Below are positions 27,128 through 39,700 of a stretch of 64,000 bases of DNA, one piece after another (the stretch's first letter is position 1; each line of letters starts with the position of its first letter). A model generated the notes under the pieces. That model did not search any database and was not told the origin of the DNA. It worked only from the letters and a program-made list of their open reading frames with translations. A program made the translations under genes and the position numbers. This stretch comes from Antedon mediterranea (Eukaryota > Animalia > Echinodermata), in the NCBI RefSeq assembly GCF_964355755.1, contig NC_092680.1, positions 19,415,045-19,479,044 of the forward strand, given 5' to 3'.

Positions 27128-27143
27128 TAGCGCCGCCTAGTGG
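27128..27143 (-). promoter_or_regulatory. CTCF-like motif
   Basis: CCACTAGGCGGCGCTA versus consensus CCACYAGRKGGCRC; sequence match only. Confidence 0.4.
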
Positions 27144-27523
27144 TTAAGGTACTCAAAACTAAAAAAGAGCTGCAAATTCATAAAACAGTTTCAAAAATAA
27201 AATTACAATAGAAACAATTAATTAAATTTAATAAAATTAAACGATAAGTAAGTAAAGTTTAAAAATAAACAATTTAATTATTAGGCCTACAGCCACCAAT
27301 ATACTTAGATATAATGTAATTTTAATGTTCACAAACACAGTTATGTTGTAATGAACAAACGTCTATCGCCTCCACCAAATTCTTCTGCTGAAAACACTAT
27401 TTCTAAAATCTGTGGAATCAGTTAATTCTTACAGGTGACTTAAATTTCACTGGAAGAATCACTGTGTTCTGGGTGGTGCAAATAGTGAAACAATGGTTCA
27501 ATACTAATAGTGCATCAACCGAT

Positions 27524-27605
27524 TCCTTGGTAGTATAGGCCCCTATAGTGGTGAGTATTTCCGCCTGTCTTTTCAGAAGACCGGGGTTCACTTCCCGCCA
27601 GGGAG
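27524..27605 (+). pseudogene. tRNA-Asp pseudogene (array unit 1)
   Basis: 10-nt insertion in D-arm, disrupted anticodon stem and T-arm. Confidence 0.8.
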
Positions 27606-27693
27606 AGTTTACTCTTATATTTTTTGCTACCGTATTTGAGATATAAGAACATTAACAAGAACATTTAAAAATTCTAGATGCGCATCATCCGAT

Positions 27694-27765
27694 TCCTTGG
27701 TAGTATAGTGGTGAGTATCTCCGCCTGTCACGCGGAAGACCGGGGTTCAATTCCCCGCCAGGGAG
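27694..27765 (+). tRNA. trnD: tRNA-Asp(GTC), intact (unit 2)
   Basis: 72 nt cloverleaf: TCCTTGG/CCAGGGA acceptor, TCCGC-CTGTCAC-GCGGA anticodon arm, CGGGG-TTCAATT-CCCCG T-arm, downstream T-run. Confidence 0.93.
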
Positions 27766-27854
27766 AGTTTACTTTATGTTTTTTGCATATTCGAGAAATC
27801 GGCCGAAGAATATTTGCAAGAAAATGTTAAAATACTAAAAGTGCATCAACCGAT

Positions 27855-27928
27855 TCCTTGGTAGTATAGTGGTGAGTATCCCCCCGCCTGTCACGCGGAA
27901 GACCAGGGATCAATTCCCCGCCAGGGAG
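27855..27928 (+). pseudogene. tRNA-Asp pseudogene (unit 3)
   Basis: Extra Cs before anticodon stem; T-arm/B-box altered (cagggatcaa). Confidence 0.75.
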
Positions 27929-28015
27929 AGTTTACTTTTGTTGCTACCATATTTAAGATATAAAAACATTAACAAGAATATATTCAACAATTCTAGAACT
28001 GCATCAACAACCGAT

Positions 28016-28087
28016 TCCTTGGTAGTATAGTGGTGAGTATCTCCGCCTGTCATGCGGAAGACCGGGGTTCAATTCCCCGCCAGGGAG
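28016..28087 (+). tRNA. trnD: tRNA-Asp(GTC), C38T variant (unit 4)
   Basis: Identical to unit 2 except anticodon loop CTGTCAT. Confidence 0.85.
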
Positions 28088-28176
28088 AGTTTACTATTTT
28101 ATTTTTTGCTACCATATTCGAGATTATAAGAATATTTACAAGAAAATTAAAAAATTCTAAAAGTGCATCAACTGAT

Positions 28177-28248
28177 TCTTTGGTAGTATAGTGGTGAGTA
28201 TCTCCGCTTGTCACGCGGAAGACCGGGGTTCAATTCCCCGCCAGGGAG
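28177..28248 (+). tRNA. trnD: tRNA-Asp(GTC), variant (unit 5)
   Basis: C3T (G:U pair) and C32T; cloverleaf still forms. Confidence 0.75.
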
Positions 28249-28342
28249 AGATTACTTTTACGTTTTTTGCATATTCGACATCTAATTAATTATAAGAATA
28301 TTTACAAGAAAATGTTAAAATACTAAAAGTTGATTAACCGAT

Positions 28343-28413
28343 TCCTTGGTAGTATAGTGGTGAGTATCACCGCCTGTCACGCGGAAGAGCGGGGTTCAAT
28401 TCCCCCCAGGGAG
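28343..28413 (+). pseudogene. Probable tRNA-Asp pseudogene (unit 6)
   Basis: Anticodon-stem mismatch, C48G, 1-nt deletion in T-stem. Confidence 0.65.
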
Positions 28414-28504
28414 AGTTTACTTTTATATTTGTTGCTACCATATTTGAGATATAAGAACATTAACAAGAACATTCAACAATTCTAGAACTGCATCAACAAC
28501 CGAT

Positions 28505-28576
28505 TCCTTGGTAGTATAGTGGTGAGTATCTCCGCCTGTCACGCGGAAGACCGGGGTTCAATTCCCCGCCAGGGAG
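28505..28576 (+). tRNA. trnD: tRNA-Asp(GTC), intact (unit 7)
   Basis: Identical to unit 2. Confidence 0.93.
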
Positions 28577-28666
28577 TGTTTACTTTTAAGTTTTTTGCAT
28601 ATTCGAGATATAATTATAAGAATATTTGCAAGAAAATGTTAAAATAATAAAAGTGCATCAACCGAT

Positions 28667-28680
28667 TCCTTGCCAGGAAG
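28667..28680 (+). pseudogene. tRNA-Asp remnant with body deleted (unit 8)
   Basis: Normal flanks around only tccttg|ccaggaag. Confidence 0.7.
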
Positions 28681-31600
28681 AGTTTAATTTTATATTTGTT
28701 TTGCTACAGATATGCCTATAAGAATATCAACAAGAAAATGTTAAAATAATATACAGGGAGATGTTTTTTTTTAATGTTTGTCGTACCATTAGTGAAGAAG
28801 CAACAACAGATTTTAAAAATACCAAAATATTCACAATAAACAAACGCAATTTATCCAAAACAATATCTGAAATGTAATATTAATTATTTTAATGTACTTA
28901 AATGAATTCACATAACATATTTTGGTCACTGTCTACCCCAAATCTTAACATATTATTAAATTAATACATTTTTCATCATCAAAGAAACTATCTTACCAGT
29001 AACGACACAATGCCTTATTTTTACTTTACATTATTCGGACTAGCACCAATGCTACAGCTGCTTATAAACAGTAACTAACAGACAATATAATACTTTTTGT
29101 ATATGAATTAGGAATCGTGTCAAAACTATTCTACTGCAGTTACTGCAGAAATACATTGTTTACTGAAAAAATATGCAATCATATGCATTTTGTTTGCAGA
29201 CGAAGCTCGCTGGGTCTTGCTAATGCTAATTGCATACTAAAGTTAAACCATGGACCTATGGTTAAACCGATAAAGAGTAAACAAAGTTACTGGAGTAGTA
29301 TAATTTTGACATGTTTTAATAGAAATACTGCATTTGCGGGAAACACGCACATTTACAAAGCTGCTTTGATTAACAAAACAAAAAATATATAAAAATTTAA
29401 ACTTCATAAATATGTAGTGTATAATACTGTTTGTTTTAATTTTTTAATTTGGAATATTACAAAAAAAAAATTAATATAAGTAAAACAATAAAGTTATCTT
29501 ATAAAACGTCTTTAACAGTTATGAGTATGACACCTTTGAATTCAAGGCGAAAGGAAAAACAACCCCATGGTACTTTCTACAGTAAAGCAGATTGCTAATG
29601 ATGTTGCAGCGAGCGCCATTAATTCACACTCAATATACATTCTACCTATTATAATAGGAACACCTATTCTCAGAAAGCTCCCTTTGAAATGGTTGGGAGG
29701 AGTTTTCCTTTGTTTGGTGATCCCATTCATGCAGGTGCTTTAGTTTTTATTCACTTCCAATTCCAATATAAAGTATTTCATTGAATACCGCTGATATCAG
29801 ATAACACTTGCTATTCAAATTTAAGTGTTTGCTTATCATTTTCTACAAAACTAGGTACAAAACAGTGAAAATGAATTTTTTAACTGATTAAAACAAAAAC
29901 GAAAGAATTCTTAGGAAAGCACTACATTAACTGTTCATTGAGAAAATATATAACAAATTCAATGTACTACTAGTAACTACTTTTCTTTTGATCATTTTTA
30001 CCCGTATTAGAAAAATATATTACAGTGTAAATAAATGGATATTTCTTCTTTTTTTTATTGAGACCCGTCCACTATTAATTCAATGTAAACAAAAACAGTT
30101 ATGTTATTGCCAGATAGTATGCAACTCATACTAGCAGATTGTCAACAATACTTTTTTCAACTTTCCAAAAAATCAAACATCTTAGAAGGTGTCTGAGTTT
30201 CAAAGAAATACAATTGATTGAAACAGTATCGTATATTAAACACTTATCAACCAATTACATTCCAAAAATGTAATTGGTACAGGAGGTGTCATAAAATCCA
30301 CTTGTTCAAATATGAGTACCTTTGTAACAGATTAAATCAGTAGTTTTTTTAAGATTAACCCAAAAGCACATCATCAATTCAATCAAAGTTATTACATTTT
30401 CATAATTTGAAATAAAACACAGCTCAATATTAATTTAAGATTAACCATGATATTAAATGTTAACGATTTACAGGAAAAGGTACTTGCTATCGTTATCATT
30501 TCAACTTGATCGTTTTCAAACGATCGTTGCCGAACTGTTAACGATCAACGAGGATAGCGTCGAATAACATCGACAGGAAAACAGGCTTTAGATTGTAGTA
30601 GATCTCTTGCATGAAATATTCTGTAATGAAACATTCAAATGTTGCAATTAATTTATGTACCTTTTTTGCTTTGTCAAGTCAAACACGCAGATTATTTATA
30701 TTATCCCATATCCATACATTCTTACACCAGATTGTGAACGCCTTTGATCGAAATACCTTACTTTATATGCAAATTACAAACTTAAATCTTTTAATACAAC
30801 TTGCCTTTTTTTTTGCCTTTAGCAACCATTAAAACTACAACACTATTTCATAATCTTCGCACCAATTCCTGTACTCATAAATTTAGTTTATACAAAGCCA
30901 GATTACAAATAATCGCTCTTTAAATATTTTGCCAACAGCAACAATCAAAATATGAATAACATTAAATGTATTATTACTTATAAAATATATTTACAATTCC
31001 ATATTCTAGGCTCCAAGATCCTTGTACTCAAATATTGTGCTTTATACAACATTTTGCATATTAACAATATGCCTAAGGAGTATCTTTAATACATAACCCT
31101 TTTTCATATGTGTAGAATTTACAGATTCTGGAATAAGCCCACAAAATTGAAAAAAAGAGCCCACCAGCATATTTTGTATAGTATTCATATAGAAAAGTTA
31201 TTATTAAATTTACTTGCATGTTTGGGGTGGGTTATATATTTGGGTGTTGCCCGTTCCAGACTTATATAAAAATGTATTGCAAAGAGATATACTGTATTCC
31301 CCACTACAATAGCAACATATATAAGAGAGATAGTATAGTGAACATATACAGTATATGTTATAACTGAGCACAATTGAAGGATGCCAGCTTTTTATTTTGA
31401 CCAGTACAGTACTGTATTTTCATTATTGGGTATTATCTTCTTTCTGCTCGAACATTCCAAAAGTATGGTCATCATAATATTATTATGATAAAGTGAAATA
31501 TTTGAAATAAAATTAACACTATATAAAAATTATTCATACAAGTTAATGTTGATATATATAATAAATTGGAATTAGTTAAGAAATACAATTTTTTTTCAAG

Positions 31601-31867
31601 TTGCACACAGTGACAATGTACACTTTATACAGTGTTATTACATGTTAGTATGTTCCTTTTAATGTGTACCTTTTGATCGATTACAACTATACATTGGACA
31701 GCAGGCTATGAGCAAAAACAATAAATGTTTTTTTCTCCAAAATGTTATACTTTGTTGGGAATTTCTTTTACTGAATTTCATACAAAAATAGCTCATCTAA
31801 AATCTTCCCAAAAAAAGTAGTGCTTGCAAAGTCTGTAGGGCCTACCAACAAGGATTTAAACTGCCCA

Positions 31868-32013
31868 CCAATCAGTGGTGTTTGATTATCGTCCTATACG
31901 TAACCCAGGATTCCATTCAAATATCGTTGTACAGACCGGAATTCGATTTGCCGACCAATCAGTGGAGTTTGATTATCGTCCTATACGTAACTCAGAATGC
32001 CATTCAAATATCA
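31868..32013 (+). repeat. Tandem duplication, ~87-bp period
   Basis: caatcagtgg.gtttgattatcgtcctatacgtaac.cag.at.ccattcaaatatc twice. Confidence 0.75.
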
Positions 32014-33551
32014 TTGATAGAGTGCAAGACACTTTAAGAAGACCGTATGGACACATGCCAAATCACATATATAGTAACCCCATTGTTGGCTAAATATTAT
32101 CGTCATTTTAAAGAGGATGGAACAGGTATACATCAAAACTATTAGATCACTATAAAAAAATTAATAATTTTTCCCGCATCTGCCAATATATTCTATTAAT
32201 CAAATTACTTTTTAAGGCTAGCATAAGTTTTACAGCACCAATTAAAGATATAAAATAGACACCTATAATCTGTTAATGAGGGTGGGTATATCGCATCTAT
32301 TTACAATTATTTTCAGCATAGAAAACTTAAAAACAGTTATGTATTTACAATCGGTTCGTTGTTCGTTGAAAGTTTTGAAGAAAAAAAATTGAATGAATGT
32401 GTGGAAATAAACATTTATGAAAGCATAAATAGTAATGTACATTGGGAAAACAAAAACACAAATAAAGTAAATCTTAAATTTGTTTAAGATCCCTTTTCTA
32501 CAAATTCAAGGTTTTTGGTATTTAAAATCAATAAAAAGAAATAAAATAAAAAAATAGAATTTAAGGCTATGATTCAGTAATTGTAATATGAAACAAGAAA
32601 CATACATTAATTAGCTGCTTTTAATGGATTAAACTAATTATAAATTGAACACAGGAAAACAAAATAATAGCATCTATGTAGCATCTATATATAGCTGTTT
32701 AACCCTGCAATGTAAACAGAGGAGAATATGTTGTTTTAATCTACTTCATTATTAATTATACATATGCTAGTAAGATATGCTTCACAAAAATAGTACAAAA
32801 GTTAGTGTAAAATACTCTATACCCTGTATCAATGTCATTACACACACAGGTGGTCAATCTCCACTGAATAAATTAGCAATGGTTGACTGGTCAGCTGCGT
32901 TGAACACTCTGCATGACACCTGGTACAAATATACAATTATGAAAGCAAGTGGATCAGCTGCCTTTAACAAACGGAGAACATTTAGTGCGAACATTGGTTT
33001 TAAAATTTATAATATTGTGCGTTTTCCTCACTGCACAGCAAGGTGAAATTTGCAAAAGAAATTTGTTCACGGTTGAAAACTTTCTTGCGTTACTTTGATA
33101 ATGTAACTAAAATTATGAAGCTCATCGAAACAGCTCCAGGAAAATCTACAGCACCAATAAACTGGAACAGACATGAAATAAAGAAACGAAAGACGCCAAA
33201 TCGGTTCTTGCTTTGTTGCGAGGTAACTGCATTACGCGGTTGTGTACACTTGTTGATAATGATATAAATCTGTTATTTTACTTTAAAACAAGATGTTACG
33301 CGTTGGATACACACGCAAATCAGGATCGAGATGAGCACAATTGTGAGGAAAAAAATCTATGAGTCACCGACTCAATTGTCTTGATAGAAACATTGTACAG
33401 GGTATTTTAAAACAATGTTACATTTGTGTTATTTACATAACACATAGTATACATGTTAAGTGTTTATACCTTATATCAATACTACTATGTCTTGTTGATA
33501 GAAAACATTGTACATAATATCCTTATTTAGCTTCCACGATAACAAAAACCT

Positions 33552-33718
33552 TTAGTTTGGATGAACGCCAGTAAGTAGAAATATAGGCCTATCTTCACGC
33601 GCATTTGCTGTCTGGAATTCATCTCGTAATCGGAACTGCCATTGATCCTCAAGGTCAAGTCTGACCACCAATCGACGCAGCGTGTTACGGTCAGGGCTTA
33701 TCAAACATAGCTTAGCAC
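33552..33718 (-). CDS. GREB1L: GREB1L last coding exon ([11 protein letters not shown]...[11 protein letters not shown]...TGVHPN*)
   Basis: taatag acceptor, phase 1, TAA stop; conserved C-terminus. Confidence 0.95.
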
Positions 33719-36700
33719 CTATTAGATTTTTGAGAAATAAAAGGTAAAGGTAAAGACAGTAACTAATAAGTTTATTTAATTCACAAATTATTATAGACTC
33801 TTTTATGGAAAACAATATTTTAGTAGGATTTGTGTAATAATTTCATTGCTTGAAAACAAATTTATTAGAAACTATTAAATAGAAAGTGTCAAGTGAAACA
33901 CAAAGTGAAATAATTTTAATAATTTTAATTAAAATGTGTTTTCACAAAGTGAACATGAAACTAATGCTTAATAAGAGTAAACAAGATTACAATTAAATTA
34001 TTATAAAGAATCCCTGAATTAAGTTTAAATTTATCTTAAAAGATATGAACACACTAGGTATGTTACCTAAGTGGCATCCATATTTGAAATGTATTTATGA
34101 ATGACATGACAAACATTTTCAAAATATACTGTATTTTAAAATGTATTATCCATGTACAAAATGAAGTGTAGATTTTTTATGGTTATTTGTATGCATATTA
34201 TAAATCAAAACACTATGTTTAAATGTTAAGTGTAAAAATCAGAAATAAAAAAAAAAGTTGAAAACAGAAACTTAATGTACGAAAATGAAATGTGAACGAA
34301 ATATGTATGAAATATTGAATGAATAAAGGTGGTGGTTAACCACAAAAGAGAAACAATCATTATAAAGTATTTTCTAGCTTTACAGATGTGTAAATGCACT
34401 TTTTTTAAGCTAAAATAATGTGTATTGCAAAGCTGTATACGTTTTTACTAAAGATATTGTAGTTTTTTATCCTACCATTTATAAACTTGAACTGTTTTAG
34501 GAACTCTGGTGTAACGTATGAACTACACATGTACAGGAGAAGTCCACTGTATTCAATGCCTGCCGACATCTCAACTGAAGCAGCATTCCGAGAGCTCACA
34601 TAGTGTACTGTGAGTTAGAAAATATCAAATTAGCATTGTACAAATCCACATGGTTTTATCAGGGAGGAGCGAGATTCACTCTTCCCTGACATATCAGTAA
34701 GTAAAATCAGGAATTAATCTATATATATATATTATTCAAGGCTCACTCAATCCATGGTTCTGGTGGTAGAATGAGTAATCTCAAGGCTCACTCAATCCAT
34801 GGTTCTGGTGGTAGAATGAGTAATCTCAAGGCTCACTCAATCCATGGTTCTGGTGGTAGAATGAGTAATCTCAAGGCTCACTCAATCCACGGTTCTGGTG
34901 GTAGAATGAGTAATCTCAAGGCTCACTCAATCCATGGTTCTGGTGGTAGAATGAGTAATCTCAAGGCTCACTCAATCCATGGTTCTGGTGGTAGAATGAG
35001 TAATCTCAAGGCTCACTCAATCCATGGTTCTGGTGGTAGAATGAGTAATCTCAAGGCTCACTCAATCCATGGTTCTGGTGGTAGAATGAGTAATCTCAAG
35101 GCTCACTCAATCCATGGTTCTGGTGGTAGAATGAGTAATCTCAAGGCTCACTCAATCCATGGTTCTGGTGGTAGAATGAGTAATCTCAAGGCTCACTCAA
35201 TCCATGGTTCTGGTGGTAGAATGAGTAATCTCAAGGCTCACTCAATCCATGGTTCTGGTGGTAGAATGAGTAATCTCAAGGCTCACTCAATCCATGGTTC
35301 TGGTGGTAGAATGAGTAATCTCAAGGCTCACTCAATCCATGGTTCTGGTGGTAGAATGAGTAATCTCAAGGCTCACTCAATCCATGGTTCTGGTGGTAGA
35401 ATGAGTAATCTCGGCTAAACATTATAAACCATATTCCAGTGTACACATCTGGTTCATGGACACTTTAAAGAACCTACAGTAGTTGTCTTGGGGCCTCAGA
35501 AGAACTTAACTACATAAAATTAAGTACATTAATAGTACCAAACTAAGATCATAATGTACCTGCAATTGATGATCCTAGATTATGGTAGCAATCAACACAG
35601 AGCACAGGATTGTCAGGATTCCTGACAGACAGTGAGAATAACCTCTCAGCACTAGCATCCTTAAGGAACCTCTCCAGCAGAAGCTGCGGATGCATGGTCA
35701 GAGGAATCAACTCCTCACTATCTGGCGTGCATACAAAGTTCTTGACAGATATGAGACGGTTTAACTTGTAGTTGTGAGGGAGAGCCGAGACCTTTGGAGT
35801 TGGAATGGCATTCTTTATCTTGGAAGTTGGCAGATGTTTAATAAGGACACTGATGTGATTGAAGCAACATGAGGCAAGCCCAGAGCTGCCAATCTGCATG
35901 TTGAAATCAATGTCATGATCAAAATACCTGTTGATTTATAAAAAAAAAGGTAGCTCTATAAATTCTATTAAAAATGTATTGTCCTCTAAAAACATGAAAA
36001 ATTAAGATAAATAAAATCAGACCATTTTGAACTTTTGACTACTGTAAAAAAAAATTACTTCACTTATAAAAAGACAAAAGAAACAGTTAATTTTAACAAA
36101 AACCATTGTCTGAGAGACAAAATTTAAGTATTTTTTGCTTTAATTTACATTTTTTCAGGTAAATAATTTTTTTTTTCGACCCAATTTTTGGTCAAAGTGA
36201 ATAACTATTTAGGTGACATTAAAATGGCATATTAAAAAAAAAAAAATGTGAAAAAAAAATTTTAGGGGGACAATATTTTTAAATTGGAGTAGGTTTGTCA
36301 CCAATCTGCAATATCTGATGAAAATAGTTGTTTTTTTCAGGCAATTAGTTGATAATGAACTATGGCAGTTAAGATGTTTTTTTAAGCACCATGCAATCGT
36401 ATTTTATCTACCTGTTCTGGTCATACTGCAAACCATGTGTTAGGTCAACATTGATAAACACCATGTTATCTAGATGTCTGTTTGAAAATGGTTCTTGCAG
36501 AGGCTCTTGTAACCAGCGGGTGTTCCACTCTCGTACACCTAACATCCCAAATCTGTGGATCTTGGGCGTGGATTCAATATGCTGTAGCACACTACGTAAA
36601 GACGACAACGTTCTGTAGATAAAAGTTAAATAGAAAGTTTCAATACAATATAGTGTATTATAGAACACCTAACAATATTCCTGTCATTTGATTAGACGAT

Positions 36701-39700
36701 TGTGGGCCATACAGCGTGCAATAGTACGCACTATTAATTGTGTACCATTACACATTAATTATTTGTATTGTTAGCTCAGGTTAAAAAAATGGCATGAGTA
36801 ACACAAGAATGTTTGAAGCACTGTCTACACTATCAAACTAGTGTGATATACCCAAATATGGTAGTGATATGACATCATCATGTCCATATATGGGCACATC
36901 ACATTTTTTGTCGCATAACGTTTGATAGTGTAGACAGAGCTTAATACGCGTGTAAAGCATAGAATAGGAGATAGACAGAGCTTAATACACACTCACTCTT
37001 CTTGTGAATCAAATAACTTATGAGCATGCCATGTGACACATGTATCCTCCATGATGGATATGAAAGGCCACACGTCCTGTCTCCGTACACCGACTGACTC
37101 CTGTCGTGACATTTCCAACTGTAAATTGTAGTATGCTAACTCTTTAATGAAAAACTTGGCGGCACCTAAAATGAGTAATTAATTTGTTATTCCTTTTTTT
37201 TTTGGTCTTGTGTGGATTAGTCCCACTTTCAGAGGAGAAATATAAAATACCCTCCCTTTTCACCAAGCAGGTTTTTATTCCTTTATCTTAATTTTATAAA
37301 AAAATAATACTGTATTTGATAGAATATGAATGTGTGTTACCATAATTAATTTTATATCATACAAATCAAGAACAAACAAAAAACAGGGATAGCCCTCAAA
37401 ATCCCTGGAAATTTACATATTGAGGGTGTCTACTAAAGTAAATTTCATATAAACATTATGTAGTGGTAACCAAAATAACTTTGAGAAATCCTCTTTTATC
37501 ATATTTTCTCATTTGGCCAATAATTTATTTTTAAAAGCTTTTAAACTTATTTCCTCAAAGATTCTATGAAATTCTATGTCTAGTGCATGATCAATGAAAT
37601 ATTTGAAGAGGGGAGGCAGACAGAATATTCATGCTGTATTCTAAAAACATATTTTAAAAGAAAAATGTGTAGAATTGAAAATGTGGTACACACCTGGTCC
37701 TGCCTCATTTGCAAATGCAGGTAGCACAAGTATAATGTTGTTTGGCCAATGCTTTTCGTATGACAATACATCTTTTTGTTTGCACACCAGTACTTGTAGA
37801 TAGGAGGCACCGTCCATAGCATGAACCAGGTTCACCATTGCTTGCTCTGGCCTTGCAAATGACGGTGTGAATATTGGAGTCTTTATCATATTACCACTCT
37901 GAAAAATAAATGAAGTTCTGTCTTGACACTGTATTATTACAAAACAGTTTCAAATAAGGATATATTTGTTAACATAGATGAATAAATTCCAACTAAGTAA
38001 GTGTCGAACAAAAAAACAACCGTTGACAGTTTTTATGTCGTTGCTTAATATTGCAAATGGTCTTGTTTGTTTGTATAATTAATAAATAAATAATTAAAAA
38101 ATGAATACCTTATCATTGATGGTTGGTAGTCTCATACTCTGAAGTCGTCTTGTTTGTTCATTGAACACAAAGTGTTTCACTTGCTGTGGTGGGATGATAA
38201 ACTGCATTTCAAAATCGTCTGTAAAAGCACTTGATTTGAAATTAAACACATGTGACTTTGTGTCCCTCACCTACAGAAACAATATCAACATTTAAATGTT
38301 TGTGTGAACTGAATGGCTATATCATATCTGTAACGCCTTTCATTGGATAACCACTAATGAAATTCAGTTGTATTTTTTTGTATTTTACACAAAAAAAAGG
38401 TATGAATTAGGGTTTAAATCAATTGAAATCTTTATATGTAATGTAGAGAAGGAAGTTGACAAAAAGTTACAATTTTGATTTGCAAGACAATGTGGTCTCC
38501 AAGAACCATCATGGAGGAAAAGTATATAGCTTCAGTTAAATTAATTGATTTAAAAGCAACATAAACATAGCCTAGGATTGTCTTAGGCCCATGTTTTTTG
38601 ACAAACAATGACCTGTCGGTTTTTTCTGACAATGACTTCAGGTGGTCAAATATCTGTCAAGAATATGATTAGCTGCTTTCTAGCAATAAATATGTAATGA
38701 CACTTTACCTCAGTTGACGAAGCATCTACGTGTTGCTGGCATTTCTCACATCGGTGAAATGCATTGTGGGCACTGTATTTTGTCAGCATGGTGCATGAGG
38801 TTTTGATTTCCTTGCTAACTGACTCATCATCTGAAATAAAGCAAATTAAAATAAAACATCTCATCTATGTTACCCATGTTTCTATACAGTCAATGAAAAA
38901 CATTAGTTGTTATAGGTGATGTGTAAATAAAAAACGATGTAATCTTCTGATGGCAATTTGTTATTTATTTATACTGGGTAACCTCTTCAGTGGAAGTGGT
39001 GGTAGTTCTGCACCAAGATATCTTATTATAGTAATAGAATGAATCAGTACATAACACTTTGTTTAACATATTATTATTAATTACTGTAAAGAATTGAATC
39101 TTTTGAATAAACAGCGTACCAACAAACTGAACATGTTTACTCCACACTGGACTATGTCCCTTTAATTGTCCAGCATGTAGTCGTCGGTCAAATGGCATCT
39201 GAAAGAGTTTCTCAAACTCTGGCCATCTTTCTGGTATTGTGTCTACATTGGTGGTCTGTCCTGCAGACTCTTCATTTATCTCTTCTTGATCTACAACCTC
39301 TACTTCTTGTAACCTTACTAGCATTCGAGACAGAACCCTTGCAAAATGTATGTAAACTCCAGTTTTGCCAACCTGAAAAGACAACCACAAAAGTTATTCA
39401 AAATTAATTATTTTACTTAAAACTTATGAAAGATCCTGGTAGAGTAAATTCAATTTATTCTGGATTTTCCGAAAACAGACAATAACACATACACATGCTA
39501 GACCCCAAAGGGTCCAACAGCGAACTCAATTGCTTTCGATGCAAATGCAAATCCATTAAATACAGGGAATAAGATTATATTTAGTTACCGCACTAAATCC
39601 ACAATCGAGTGTTTTGATCATTGACAAGTCGGCAATGTATTAAATACACTTGATCAAATCAAACTTGACAACTGTATTAGCAATATGATAGAAAGCAAAC

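Noticed and set aside
27510-28745. CRISPR-like repeat-spacer array
   Set aside because: The repeats are tRNA-Asp genes and the spacers are homologous to each other.
28750-33551. Defined GREB1L 3' UTR and poly(A) site
   Set aside because: Many AATAAA hexamers occur in this AT-rich DNA; none can be chosen without transcript data.
34737-35412. CRISPR array
   Set aside because: Repeats are contiguous with no unique spacers, there are no cas genes, and the context is eukaryotic.
34771-35418. 215-aa ORF of repeated [15 protein letters not shown] as a repeat protein or peptide precursor
   Set aside because: The 45-bp unit is a multiple of 3 with no stop in this frame. There is almost no synonymous variation, it is antisense within a GREB1L intron, and the unit derives from a SINE.
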